Shown here piece by piece: positions 1 through 13,145 of a stretch of DNA of 64,000 bases. How positions within the stretch are numbered: position 1 is the first letter of the stretch; the number at the start of each line of letters is the position of its first letter. A program made the position numbers and the translations under genes. The stretch comes from Eledone cirrhosa. Lineage: Eukaryota. Under the pieces are notes generated by a model. It worked only from the letters and a program-made list of their open reading frames with translations, searched no databases and had not been told where the DNA came from. Location of the stretch: NCBI GenBank assembly GCA_964016885.1, contig OZ024746.1, positions 66,216,001 through 66,280,000 of the forward strand, in the 5' to 3' direction.

Positions 1-178
1 CACTCAATGCTGATATTATATTTCTATGTAGTAGACATCCTTAGACATCAGAGAATTAATAGACAAAGCAAATTTGAAAACTAACGATTGTAACTTGAGC
101 TGATCAATCGTGAAACGTGTGTGACATTTGAAAAATTATATTGATGTTATATTGATAATTTGCTCCTGCTTCGTATTA

Positions 179-251
<73 letters not shown>

Positions 252-540
252 CATTCTTTCTGCCCCTCCTGTTTAACATGTGCGACACCACACTAATACA
301 TTTCACTATCATTTGATAATGCATAACAATGATGAAACCGGTGATAGACAATAATTAAATATATAAATAGATAAATAAATGCCACTGTTAAATAATAAAT
401 AAATCAACTAATATCTTAACACTTCACAGAAAGTAACACATTTGGTTTTAATCATTTTCTAACACAGAAAAAAAGAGTGAAGGAAATAAAAAAGGAAAAA
501 TATATATTTTACATCCTAATAATCGTCTCTATCGCCCTCT

Positions 541-602
<62 letters not shown>

Positions 603-629
603 TAACTCGTGTGCTTCCTCTCCAGATTT

Positions 630-660
<31 letters not shown>

Positions 661-998
661 CTAGACCACGCGTGATCCAAGGGGCCAATAGCAGTCTAGT
701 AATATACATATAGGGAGAGGCTTATAATATATATAGAAAGTGGGTTATAATATATAGAATGAGAGGAGTTTATACTATATATGGAGAGGGTTATTGGTTA
801 TCACGGAGCTGTTGGCTATTTAAGATATCCAGAAACACCCCGTATGTCTGGGACACGCTCTCCTATTTATGCGAAACTTTTTTTATTCCATTTGTATTCC
901 CATTAAAGGGGCAATTTCCTTTCAAGGTATTTCCCCATTATGCATCGTTTTGGCTCTATTGAATTACAGACAAGCACACAATCAGAGAGTCTTAGTAG

Positions 999-1029
<31 letters not shown>

Positions 1030-1154
1030 ATGTATTTATGTATGTATCTTCGTACGTATGTATGTCTGGATGTATACATCATATGTTTGTGTCTAAATTG
1101 TGTGTATATATGTGTAAACGTGTGTGTGTGTGTGCGTGTGTGTGCGTGTGTATT

Positions 1155-1212
<58 letters not shown>

Positions 1213-1215
1213 CGC

Positions 1216-1262
<47 letters not shown>

Positions 1263-3253
1263 TGCAATAACTAGTAAGGGAATAATAACCAAGATCTGAA
1301 ATTTCAGATATTTTATTGTTCTAAATACGTTTCTATGAGGGTGAGAAGAAAACTGTGAAGGAAATTGACGAGGAAAACTTGCTTAAATGTCTTTTAAATG
1401 CCTGATATAGCATTGGCTCGAGGAATTTGTTATTAAACATTAAGTATGTTCAATCACGTGTCAACCGAGTATTTTAAGGATTATATCAGTGAAAAAAAAT
1501 ATTATATCACAGCAACTACATATCAGTTGTTAAGATACTTTAAAATTACATTAATATTACATAAGCAAATCAACAATCTTGAAATTCGTGGAAGCAATTC
1601 ACAGATATGTATGAAGGGCAATTCTGCTAACCAAAATGTTTTTGCATACAGATTTCTGTTTATTCTGGGTGTTCTGGGGAATGTTTACTTGCCAAATGTG
1701 CTCTAAATAATTTAGATCTTATAACATGATGGAGTTTGTCAGCTAAGGTCAATCATAACTTGTAGCATAGCGGGAAATGTTTGAACGTCAACAGCGGCTG
1801 AGTCATAGTGTAATAAGTAAAGGTCGTGCTCATGATTTAAATATATATCTCTAAGTTAATTTATGATTTTATATACAAACAGAAAAGATGATGTTGTAAT
1901 GATAAATTCATGTTACTTAAATAACAAAAACATGTAATGACAAAGCCTATATGATAAGAAAGAAATATACTATCCTAAAATAAATGAAATAAAATTTAAA
2001 TGATGGAAAATTCAGAATCAATCATTAGAATAAACTTGACCTTCGCTTAGAATTATAATGAATGAGATTCACCTCATTAGACCAATAAAGTTCATTGTAT
2101 CTAACTTCGAATGAATGATGTCCATCAATATAATGTAATCAAATTAATTGTGTTAGTTTTACTTCTTTGTATTCATTTTTTCATGAATGATGAGTCATAA
2201 AGTGTGCTGTTATATATAACACCACCGACATTAGAAAATCAGAAATTTTGAAACGCAAGAATTACTGAAGTAGTGAAGTGTTATACCTGACAGATATCTC
2301 AGGAATTAACGATTTACAAATATTCAAAATTTAGATCTCATCTCTTAGTGAACAATTCCCATTTCATGTTGTCGAGAATATTGTAGCTATGAATGATATT
2401 AAATAGATTTTAATTAGCAGTACAGACATTCTTGCTTATTTCATTACTATTTCACGTCAATGTTCTGCCGACAATTATCTTCCAGCCTGTCAAGTTTGAA
2501 ATACCATGCACATCCTTAAAGATTGCAAAACTGATTCTAGCTGCTTGACATGTAGGCTCCAACCACCCGTTGCATGCAATACAATAAGGGATTACGAATA
2601 ATGCATACATTCTCCATCAGGTGAGCCATCTTTATTTTCCCAACATCGCATTCCGGTTAGAACATCATTAGAATCTACGGCTGTTGAATAATTTTTCCGC
2701 ATATAAGATTTGTTACAAATCTTCTGCTAAACCTACAGTTTTCAAACCAATGTTTAATTCTAATAGGTCTATACAAACATAAACTATGTTGAGCGAAAAA
2801 ATGAACTTAATTGCTCAGTCTCGTGTACACACATATTCATAATCAATAAAATAGTATGCACTTATGTGTGGTCAATTTTGTTAATATTGTTGTTTGTATC
2901 AACAATACATCTTAGGTCAATGTAGTACAGTAATTGCATAATATCTTGGGTCAGGATGAAGTCAGTAACTAACAGGGAGAAATCAATGTACTCTTTACGT
3001 GAATTAGTGTAATTGTAAATAAAGCATGGTATAAAGAAACATAATAGATGTTATAAACAAACACAATAGATATCTTAAATAACAATGTACATGACTTCTT
3101 TTACACCAGGCCAATGTTTTCTCCTTTATATAACATCATCTATAGTCTGAATTTGGTAAAATAACAAAACGGATATAAATTGTTTGTAAAATATCGATAT
3201 TATATATATTGTTATTGATATAATAATAATAACTCAACAACAATAACAACAGC

Positions 3254-3328
<75 letters not shown>

Positions 3329-3329
<1 letters not shown>

Positions 3330-6300
3330 TGGCTCAGCAGCAGGAACCTGACTGTCAACCAAATACTGCTGATGTTGGAGGAAGGAGAAGAAGGAAAGGG
3401 GCCAGAACCAACTGGACGAAAGAATTGAATAGAACTGTTATGCAATGTTACCTGAAAAGTAACCCCAAGGAGAGGGGCTACAGGAGACGGATGCATAACA
3501 TTTGGAGCGAGATTGGTTTATTTAAATTAGATGAACAAAAATTGGCCGGGCAGGCTCGGGTAATAAGAACTAATGGGTGGATAAGCGAGCTGGAACTGGA
3601 GGAACTGAGCAGAGAGAATGGCTTGGAGATGGCGGGTGTAGTATGCCAGACAAGCGAGCCAGTGGGAAATGAAGGTGAAGAGGTCCTGAGAACGAAGGAA
3701 CCACCCGAAGCAGACAATGATCTGAATACTGAGATAAATAATACCTGGAACAGAGATACGGCCACTGAGGAGATGAATGCTGACGGGCTAGGACAAGATT
3801 CGGTTGACATCCTAAATTTAGTGGTAGATGAATTGAACAATGATAGTGGGAGACCTATGAACCTAAGATTTGTAGACAGGAAAAAGTTAAAAGAAACAAC
3901 AGCTAAGGTAAACAAAGTCATCCCATACCTTGAGGCGAGGAGCCTTCACCAGTGCAACAATATCCTCAAAGCAACAGCAAATACGGTGAGGAAACTACTT
4001 GGTATAAAAGCGAGAGGAAACAACAGACAAGAAAGAGCAGAGCCATGGTGGAAGAAGCGACTGAGTGGGCAAATCGGGGAAATGAGAAATGACATAGCAA
4101 AGCTTGAGTCACTACTGAATGGGACACTAAAAAACATAGGCACTAAAAATAGACTGGAAATAAAATACAAAACTAGGAGGAAAAAGCTAAATATTATCAT
4201 AGAGGAACTGAAGCAACGCATTGTAACAAAGAGTGCAAAAATCAGGCGATACGAGAACAGAGTCAGTCAGTATAAACAGAACCGCATGTTCGACAACAAC
4301 CAGAAGATGCTGTTTGGACAGCTTGAGGGGAAAGAAAGAGGCAACGACTTGATCCCTGGGGCGGAGCAAACTAAAACATTCTGGAGAGGAATATGGGAGC
4401 AGGATGTTAGACATAATGTCCAGGCAGGGTGGATTGAGACAGTACAGAGGGAGATCGGTGAGCAGGCACAACAACAGACTGATTTGAGTATCACAGTTGA
4501 AACTCTTAAGGGTCAGGCCAAAAAACTAACCAACTGGAGATCACCAGGCCCAGATGGTGTGCAGGGGTATTGGATTAAACATTTAACATCCCTCCACCCG
4601 AAGCTGACGGCCATGTTCAATGACTGCTTGGTGTCGGGTGAGGTGCCAGAGTGGTTGACAAAAGGTACCACAGTTCTGATAATGAAAGACCGAATCAAGG
4701 GTAATGATGTTACCAACTACAGACCTATCACATGTCTGTCCGTAATGTGGAAACTGTTGACGAGCATTGTGTCTGAGGAAATCTACCATCACCTCCACAC
4801 AAACAACTTGTTAGCGGACGAACAGAAAGGATGCCAAAAGAAGTCGCGTGGTACAAATGGCCAGTTACTTATTGATAATATGGTAATGAGGAATTGCAAG
4901 AGGAGACACACTGGTCTTGCCATGGGATGGATAGACTACAAAAAGGCGTTTGACATGGTGCCTCATTCTTGGATCACCAAAAGCCTAGAGATCTTCAAGG
5001 TGGCAGATAACACGAGACAATTGTTGATCAAAAGTATGAAGTCCTGGAAAAAAGAGTTAACATCAGCTGGAGAATCCTTGGGATGCGTGAAGATTAAGAG
5101 AGGTATCTTCCAGGGAGATAGTGTCTCCCCTCAGTTGTTTGTCATTGCCCTCATGCCCCTGACCATTATACTGCGAAAAGTGTGAGTAGGATACAAGTTG
5201 TGAAAGGGAGAGCTTACCATCAATCACCTCCTCTTCATGGACGATCTTAAGCTCTTCGGGAAGTGTGAGAAGGAATTGTATGTGCTTGTTGACACTGTCC
5301 GTATTTTCAGCAATGATATATGTATGCAATTCGGTATTGGTAAATGTGAAGTCATTGTGATGAGGAGGGGTAAATTGAGCAGAAGCAACGGGATGCAGGT
5401 ACCAACAGGTGAGATGATAAAGGAAATTGACACTGAAGAAGGATACAAGTATTTGGGTATTCTGGAGCCTGATGACATCAAGAACAAAAAAATAAAGCAA
5501 TTTATAAGATCTGAATACATTCAGAGAATAAGGAGCGTATTAAAATCACATCTGAACAGTAGGAATGCCATAAGTGCAGTAAATTCCCAAGCTGTGTCTA
5601 TTATTAGGTGCAGTGCGGGAATTCTGAGATGGAATGTTGCTGAACAAAAAGAAATGGATAGGTAGACTAGGAAGCTATTGACTATCTACAACATGTTCCA
5701 CAAGAGGAATGATGTCGATAGACTCTACTTAAGGAGATTTGAAGGTGGAAGAGGTCTTATCAGCATAGAGGACTGTGTTCAGATGGAAAAATACAACCTA
5801 CACAAATATGTGACTGATAGTAAGGAGCCGATGATCAGAATTGTACTGAAGGAGAGGACAATAGACCATGGGGTGTTCAAGGAGGAAATAACAACAAGGA
5901 GAAAGAGCGGCCTTCATGAAAAATCCCTTCATAGTACCTTCTTTGAGAAAACTGAATTCAGAGATCCACAGACATGGAACTGGTTGAAAAGAGGAGACCT
6001 TAAAAAGGCTACAGAAGGAATTCTAATGGCTGTGCAAGAGCAGACCCTCAAAACGAAGTGGTTGAAACACCATATTTACAAGGAGGAGGCTAGCGCACTG
6101 TGCAGGATCTGTAGAGAGAGAGAGAGGAGACTGTGGCTCACATTGTATCCGAGTCTAAACACCTAGCCCAGACTCACTATAAAGGCTGGAGACATGACGT
6201 GATGGGCAGGGTGATCCACTGGCACCTATGGAAAGTAAACAATTTACCACATTCTGAGAAGTGGTATGAGCATAAGCCAGAATCGTGATAGAAAACGATC

Positions 6301-6673
6301 AGGTGAAGGTGCTGTGGGATTTTAGGATACAGACGGACAAGAAACTGGAACACAATAGACCTGACCTGGTTGTTTTGGACAAGGAAAAAAGATCGCGCCT
6401 AATTGTGGATGTGGCCTGCCCATTCGACACGAGAGTGCAAGAGAAGAAGAGGGAGAAAATTAACCGATACCAGAACTCAAAGTGGGATGTAAAAAGGATT
6501 TGGAACTGCCATGAAGTCAAAGTGGTACCGATTGTCATAGGCGCACTAGGTACTATCTTAAAAGTTTCCAGGGATGGTTAAAGAAAATTGGCCCCGCCCC
6601 GCTTTTTGGAACACTTCAAAAGGCATGTTTGCTGGGAACAGCAAGAACCCTCCGATACGTCCTGAATCTCTGA
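3329..6673 (+). pseudogene. Disrupted single ORF of the R4/Dong element (RT-RLE polyprotein)
   Basis: Track ORFs 3329-5185, 5237-5665, 5678-6166 and 6285-6581 join into one protein. In-frame stops at 5183, 5201 and 5663; frameshift in the (GA)n run at ~6113-6126, with further shifts near 6285 and 6560. Confidence 0.9.
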
Positions 6674-6752
6674 GGCTGCAGGTAGTGGGTTGATATTCAT
6701 TTCAACAAACTTTCCAGTTAAATAACATCAATGGCTGAGAATCAAAGAACAA
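3329..6752 (+). mobile_element. R4/Dong-clade non-LTR retrotransposon (RT + restriction-like endonuclease), decayed, inserted in an (AAT)n tract
   Basis: N-terminal WTKELNRTVMQCY...GYRRRMHNIW motif typical of R4 clade. RT motifs SPGPDG, NYRPITCL, WIDYKKAFDMVPHSW, GIFQGDSVSP, LFMDDLKL. CRIC..ETVAHI zinc knuckle, RHD and NRPDLVVLDK..LIVDVACP (PD-D/ExK RLE). Ends LGTARTLRYVLNL* at 6673, then ~80 nt 3'UTR. Flanked by (AAT)n at 3254-3328 and 6753-6767. Confidence 0.92.
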
Positions 6753-8427
6753 AAATAATAATAATAATTATTATTATTAATGGTTTTGTTTTTTTTTTCT
6801 TATTGTTTCACAATTAGGTTATTTTACATTCAGTATATATGGTTATAATAGAATCCTTGTAATATTCATTGCTCTTCATTCGTGCGCATTGAATAAGATG
6901 TTATTGTGCAATTGATTGCATAGAAATTCAAGTGAGAAAGAGCACAAAACTATAATAGGCAAATTAATTTTAAAATGAAAAGAATATTCACGCGATTTAT
7001 CTCAGGAGAAATACAAACAGACAGGGAAATTGAGAGGGTGCGAGAGATAAACAAATATAATTATAGAAAGTATAACATGGTCATATAATAACTACTAGTA
7101 AATAGATTTCAAAGTTCAATAGATGCTCGGTTTAATTTATTATATTCAAGTCTGTATAAGTATTAACAGTGCGCAACATATTTGTTACGAGATATCTGCT
7201 TCTATTTGAAATGTAAGTCTGAAGCAGACAGTGAAATATATTATTAAACACTGGTATATTAGTAGTTTAATAAATATTATCCAACTCTTCAAAGAGTAAT
7301 AATCTATAAGAAGTGTTTAAACAATGAATTATGTACACATAGGTTTGCTTTTATGCAAGTAAATTTTGCTAATACTAACATTGTCAGATACTTCTAACAG
7401 CGTATATTTAATATGATCTTGTAGAACTTTTAAACTATATACATATTTATCCCTGAAGTGAAACTTTTATTACCGTGTTTGTACTAAGTTAAAGGAAGAA
7501 AATATCTCATTGAAACCATTTCTACTTCTATACAGTAGATGTAAGGACAATTTGCACTGGGTGGCTTATTCCAGTAGGCTAAATAAAAGTACCGACGATG
7601 TAAAGCATGCGATGATCTAATTTAAAACATACTAAAGCAATATCAATTCTTCGATGTGTATTGAATACGCACATTGAAATCACATGTCGCTCAGTATTTA
7701 ATACACGTGATAGGGACTGTTTACATAACTGATACATCTAGTGAAATCTATATATAAGTATATAAAATTATTTGAAATGATAATTAATACTCAATCTGAA
7801 TGTCATACGATATAGAATATCATCAATATGCAATAAATAATGTAAACCATCGTCATATCTGAATAATTATATTGTAAGTAGATACACATCCGCTGCTTTT
7901 ATGTTGTCAATTGGAATAAGAGAAGAAGCATGCTAATTTTCTGATCATGATGAGCTAATTTCACTTCAATTACACCATTTACACCTCGTCACATGCTTCA
8001 ATCCTTCAAGTCATACCGAGTGCTTTGTGTTCATTCTGAATGAATATTAATTATTCTTACCACACATTGCGAATTACAGACATCATTGCTCACCCTAGTT
8101 AATACCAAGGTCATAAATTTCGATGAAATATTTCTGCTGCAAATTTACTTTTTTCCCTATGGATTTAAATATCTTTCTTAAATCAGTGTTCACTGTCATC
8201 AGATGTGCAATATTGAACATCTGTAGAGCAGTGGGCAATGTTGTTAAAAATGTGTCTTAAGGAAAGACACAAAAATATAGGTCATGAAGTTAGTATTTCA
8301 ATTATATTTATTGGCTTTAAATACGAGACAAACTAAAATATGTATTTTCTATTTGTTTACATATTCCAGACAACTGAGATCATAGGAAGGTAAACAAATT
8401 GAAGCTTATCAACTGGCAGTATTACAT

Positions 8428-8607
8428 TGGATTGGCAGTATCGGTAGAGGGTCGGACGCCATGCTTTCAAGCATAGTTACGTCCCTTTACGATCTGAGTT
8501 CAAATCCCGTCGAGGTTGACTTTGCCTTTCATCCTTACGGGGTCGATAAAATAAAGTACCAGTAATTCACTGGGTAATTGCTGGCCTTGTGCCTAAAGTA
8601 GAAACAA
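8428..8607 (+). mobile_element. tRNA-derived SINE (family S1), full length with 10-bp target-site duplication
   Basis: A-box-like TGGCAGTATCGGTAG, B box GAGTTCAAATCCC, conserved core TTGCCTTTCATCCTTACGGGGTCGATAAAATAAAGTACCAG. AGTATTACAT on both sides (8418-8427 and 8607-8616). Many other copies in window. Confidence 0.85.
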
Positions 8608-10094
8608 GTATTACATATTTGAGAAACTACCGTATTTGTATTTAATATGCAGAAAGACAGCATTTATTTGATTTTACTCGACCATACTGTGTCGTGCCAT
8701 TTACTGTGTCGTGCCATTTTAGTATGCCTGTCGATCAACAATGCGCAACATGGCGTAGTTTTAAGACATCCCGAACTCACAAATAGTTGAGAATGTCACA
8801 TACATCTATACGTGTTAGGATATATAGTTATGAATGTTGATTAATCCCTTTGGTACATAAGATCAAGCCTTCGAAGGACGTTTCTATTATTGATTGTCTA
8901 GATCAATGTATTTGACTGTCATTTATCCTAGAGCCTGCCTCAGTCCCCATTCATTTGCGTCCATAAAATAAACGAACGTAAATAAACATCGATTTTCTCA
9001 CCCATTCCCTGTGCTGAATTCGTAATACTAATTGATTAATATTTGAACATGCTTCAATATATTAGCAAGATATTGTACGGTTGCGGTTTATATATGTTGT
9101 TTACAAGATGTTTTGTAAATTACCTCTTTCGCATTCGGCTGAAAAACTTTATATATGATTCTTACTTGCTGTGACAGGTTCTCAGAATATAAAAATGCAA
9201 CACTCTACAGAATCGTTATGTCTACTCAATTACTTTTTTCCCATGTGAATATAATCTTGATGAAGGTGGGAATACAAAATGTGTGATTTTCATAGGGATC
9301 AGAAATTATCGGGTTCGAAAAAACATTTCTGTGACATTCTACTTTTTCTCAGAGATACCAAAAGCTTCGATGAGCAGCGATGTGTCAAACAAAAATAGAA
9401 ACCATCTGCTTTTTCCCAACATGCAGGAAGACATTATAATGATGTGTTTTGGGGTTCGTAATTGTTGTAGTAGAGACGTAACTCTTGTCTTTTACGTATT
9501 GGCAAATTTACAATAGAGAAAATAGCAGTAGTATGTTGTAGTGAAAATACTGTCATTATATAGCGATACTTTATCGTTACAATACTTATTAATTGTATTG
9601 TGTATATATGCTTATTCGATCGAATAAATCATAATACATTAATGATAACAATTCTATCAATTCAACAGAAAATTTCATTCACTTGACACTGCAGGAATGA
9701 AATATAATGTATGGCGGATAATTTACTGCCGATATACCAATCGGATGTTTTGCTTTTCATGCGCGTATTGCTTAATGTAGTTCTAGAGACATTATATTCG
9801 GCTGCCGCACATTATGGATCTGGTCAATCACAACAGATCAAGATCTAAAGAAGCATAGGAAAAACCGTTAAACCGACAACTTCTGATGTAATAGCACCAT
9901 TACCATAATTTCATTGTCATTGTTTCAGCTTAGGATCAAATACATTGGGCAAACTATTGATTCGAATGCTTAACTACTTAACTTATATTTGTATTCTATG
10001 TATAAATAAGGTATGAAACACGTCTGTCAAAAGTGTCATGAACACATACAGACATTCACAAAGGCACTGACATGCTCCTATGTATATAGACATA

Positions 10095-10244
<150 letters not shown>

Positions 10245-10293
10245 TGATAGAGAGAGATAGACATATATGCATACACACACACACACACACACG

Positions 10294-10345
<52 letters not shown>

Positions 10346-10357
10346 CATAACAAAGAG

Positions 10358-10980
10358 AGTGTGGTAAGATACCAGGTGGACCATAACGCGCCAGGCTACT
10401 CAATACTTAGGGTAGTAGAATGGGTAATAGGAAAAAGTCAGAACCCCGACGGCTAAACTCCGACGATTACGACAGCTAGATCCTAACTAATCCACCAGTA
10501 TTAGAACCGTGTGATGAATCTAGATGAAATTATCAAGGGGTATAATCCATGTATGAGCATGAAGTCAAAGAAGCAAATATCTAAGCAGAAAATCGCAAAA
10601 GGTTGTTTTTCTTGTATATATACCCCTTAGTGCAGTAAGGTGACATAGCTATCTGTTCGATCGGTTCCATAGGGCTGTATGTATATTTTAGCAAGAGTGA
10701 AAATATTCGAAGTTACCGAAGGACGGTTAAGAAATGTTTATAATATTCTAAGTATGCAAACATCCACCTAACTATGAAGTTATTCAACTATGTACTCGAC
10801 ATTCCAGATAACTGACAGACGAGTGACAGACAAGAAAATGAACAAACTTTTAGGACTTTTTTGGCTTCGATATATGCTTGATCAGTTCAGTTAGATTCCC
10901 GCCGTTCTAATACTGGTGGCGTAGTTCGGATGAAGCTGCCGAAGCGGCTGGAGCTCAGCCATCGGCGTCCTGGCACTTTT
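10358..10980. repeat. Unclassified dispersed repeat with internal imperfect inverted repeat
   Basis: 10360-10430 matches 41593-41666 and, reverse-complemented, ~30250-30305. 10432-10508 is an imperfect inverted copy of 10903-10980. Bounded by (TA)n. Confidence 0.55.
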
Positions 10981-11050
<70 letters not shown>

Positions 11051-11415
11051 TGTATATATATATATACATATATATATACATATATATATGCGAAAGCGAA
11101 CGAAACCCTAAGGGTAGAGATGTAATTCTGGTATGCGTATATGCATTTTTTTCTTCTAACTTTAATTTTATACCTAATTGTGTATGGTTGACGGTATACT
11201 TAATCGATTTCCACGTGCTATTGAAATTTTGGGTAAATTTTCTATAGCGGTTGACCGCGAATAGATGGCTGTCGTTTATTTATCCACTATTTCTTCATAG
11301 GTGCCTTTTAATCTTATAGCCTGGTTTAATTGGATTTTTGTGTGGTTGATTATGCTAATTGGGAGAGGAAATGGTGTATATATAATATCAAATGATTTAA
11401 TGGACATACTTTATA

Positions 11416-11461
<46 letters not shown>

Positions 11462-11465
11462 ATGC

Positions 11466-11496
<31 letters not shown>

Positions 11497-12600
11497 CTAG
11501 GTGACGCACCTAGCTTCGCCCGGGTAAACATATGATGAGAGAAGACAGGTACAAGAAAAAATGACTGTATTGGATGTTTGTCTGGTTACAGTATGAGGCG
11601 AGTCCGTGGTGTCTGTGTGATACAGAAAACAGTAAAAAAAAATCTTCCAGATATACCAGATTCTTCCTGGAACCGTTTGTGCATAGTATATGAACAATTC
11701 TAGTTGCTCCCACCTAGAATATTGACCTCTAGGAGATGGTTCATCTTCTTCCTGACTGTAAAACGTGTATCATTGCATAGACGTGGTGGTTCCACGTTTC
11801 TCAAAAGGGTGATGGATGTTCCAATCGTTTATATTATATGTAAGTATAGATATAGATAATTAATATAAAAGATGATGCTCAGCCAGTTCGTCTTCAACCA
11901 TCGCAGCACGCCGTCGCTGCGATGGTTGAGTGTTTCCTTGGCGTTGTTCAGCCAGCTCCGATTCATTCATGGCAACACGTCTTCGCCTCTGAAGTTCGGA
12001 CTTCCGACAGTGCTGTTCGGCCCATTTTTCTTCATTCCTGGCTGCACGCCGTCGCCGCCGTAGTTCACTGTTTGATAAAGGCGAATTGCTTTTATTATCA
12101 GTACTCATTTCGAGCAATTGTCCAAAAATGACACAATAATAAAAGATGTCCGTCAATGTAAAAAAAGGTCCCTATTTACTCCGTTCACAACTCTGTGTAT
12201 GTTAGACTGACAGACAGGCATACAGATAGATAAACTGCGGGACGATTGTGGAACGCTCCACGTATATACACATACACGCATGGAAACGCGCACACGCACG
12301 CAAAGTTACACACGCACCCGTGCACTTACACACACTTACACACTCACACATATTGATCGTTTTTACTTTCTGAAGGAACGCTGCACGCACGCACACTCAC
12401 ATAAACATACGCGCACGCCCACCTGGTAATAGTTACAGCGTTCACTTTGCCTCTGTTTCTTACTCTCCCCTCTCACTCCCTCATTGGCATTATGTGTATT
12501 AATTTAAGTTTGGCGTCGTTGAGGTGGGCGGTGTCGTTTGAAACCTATGAACCAATGATAATCGAGAATTATGACTCACGGAATACTGACGTTCTTGAAA

Positions 12601-12604
<4 letters not shown>
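11497..12604 (-). mobile_element. Non-autonomous Helitron-like element with Rep N-terminal remnant
   Basis: Minus strand ends CCCGGGCGAAGCTAGGTG-CGTCAC-CTAG|T (subterminal GC hairpin plus CTAG). Internal ORF 11860-12156(-) has repeated ELRRRRRAA..NE.E.AEQ units like Helitron RepHel N-termini. The 5' end runs into (TA)n. Confidence 0.65.

Positions 12605-13145
<541 letters not shown>

Noticed and set aside
5183-5203. Two in-frame TGA codons in R4 RT as possible selenocysteine or readthrough
   Set aside because: Non-Cys contexts consistent with single substitutions (e.g. CGA>TGA). The element also has a TAG and frameshifts, so simple decay explains them.
8428-8510. tRNA gene
   Set aside because: Has A/B boxes but no cloverleaf; it is the head of a multi-copy SINE.
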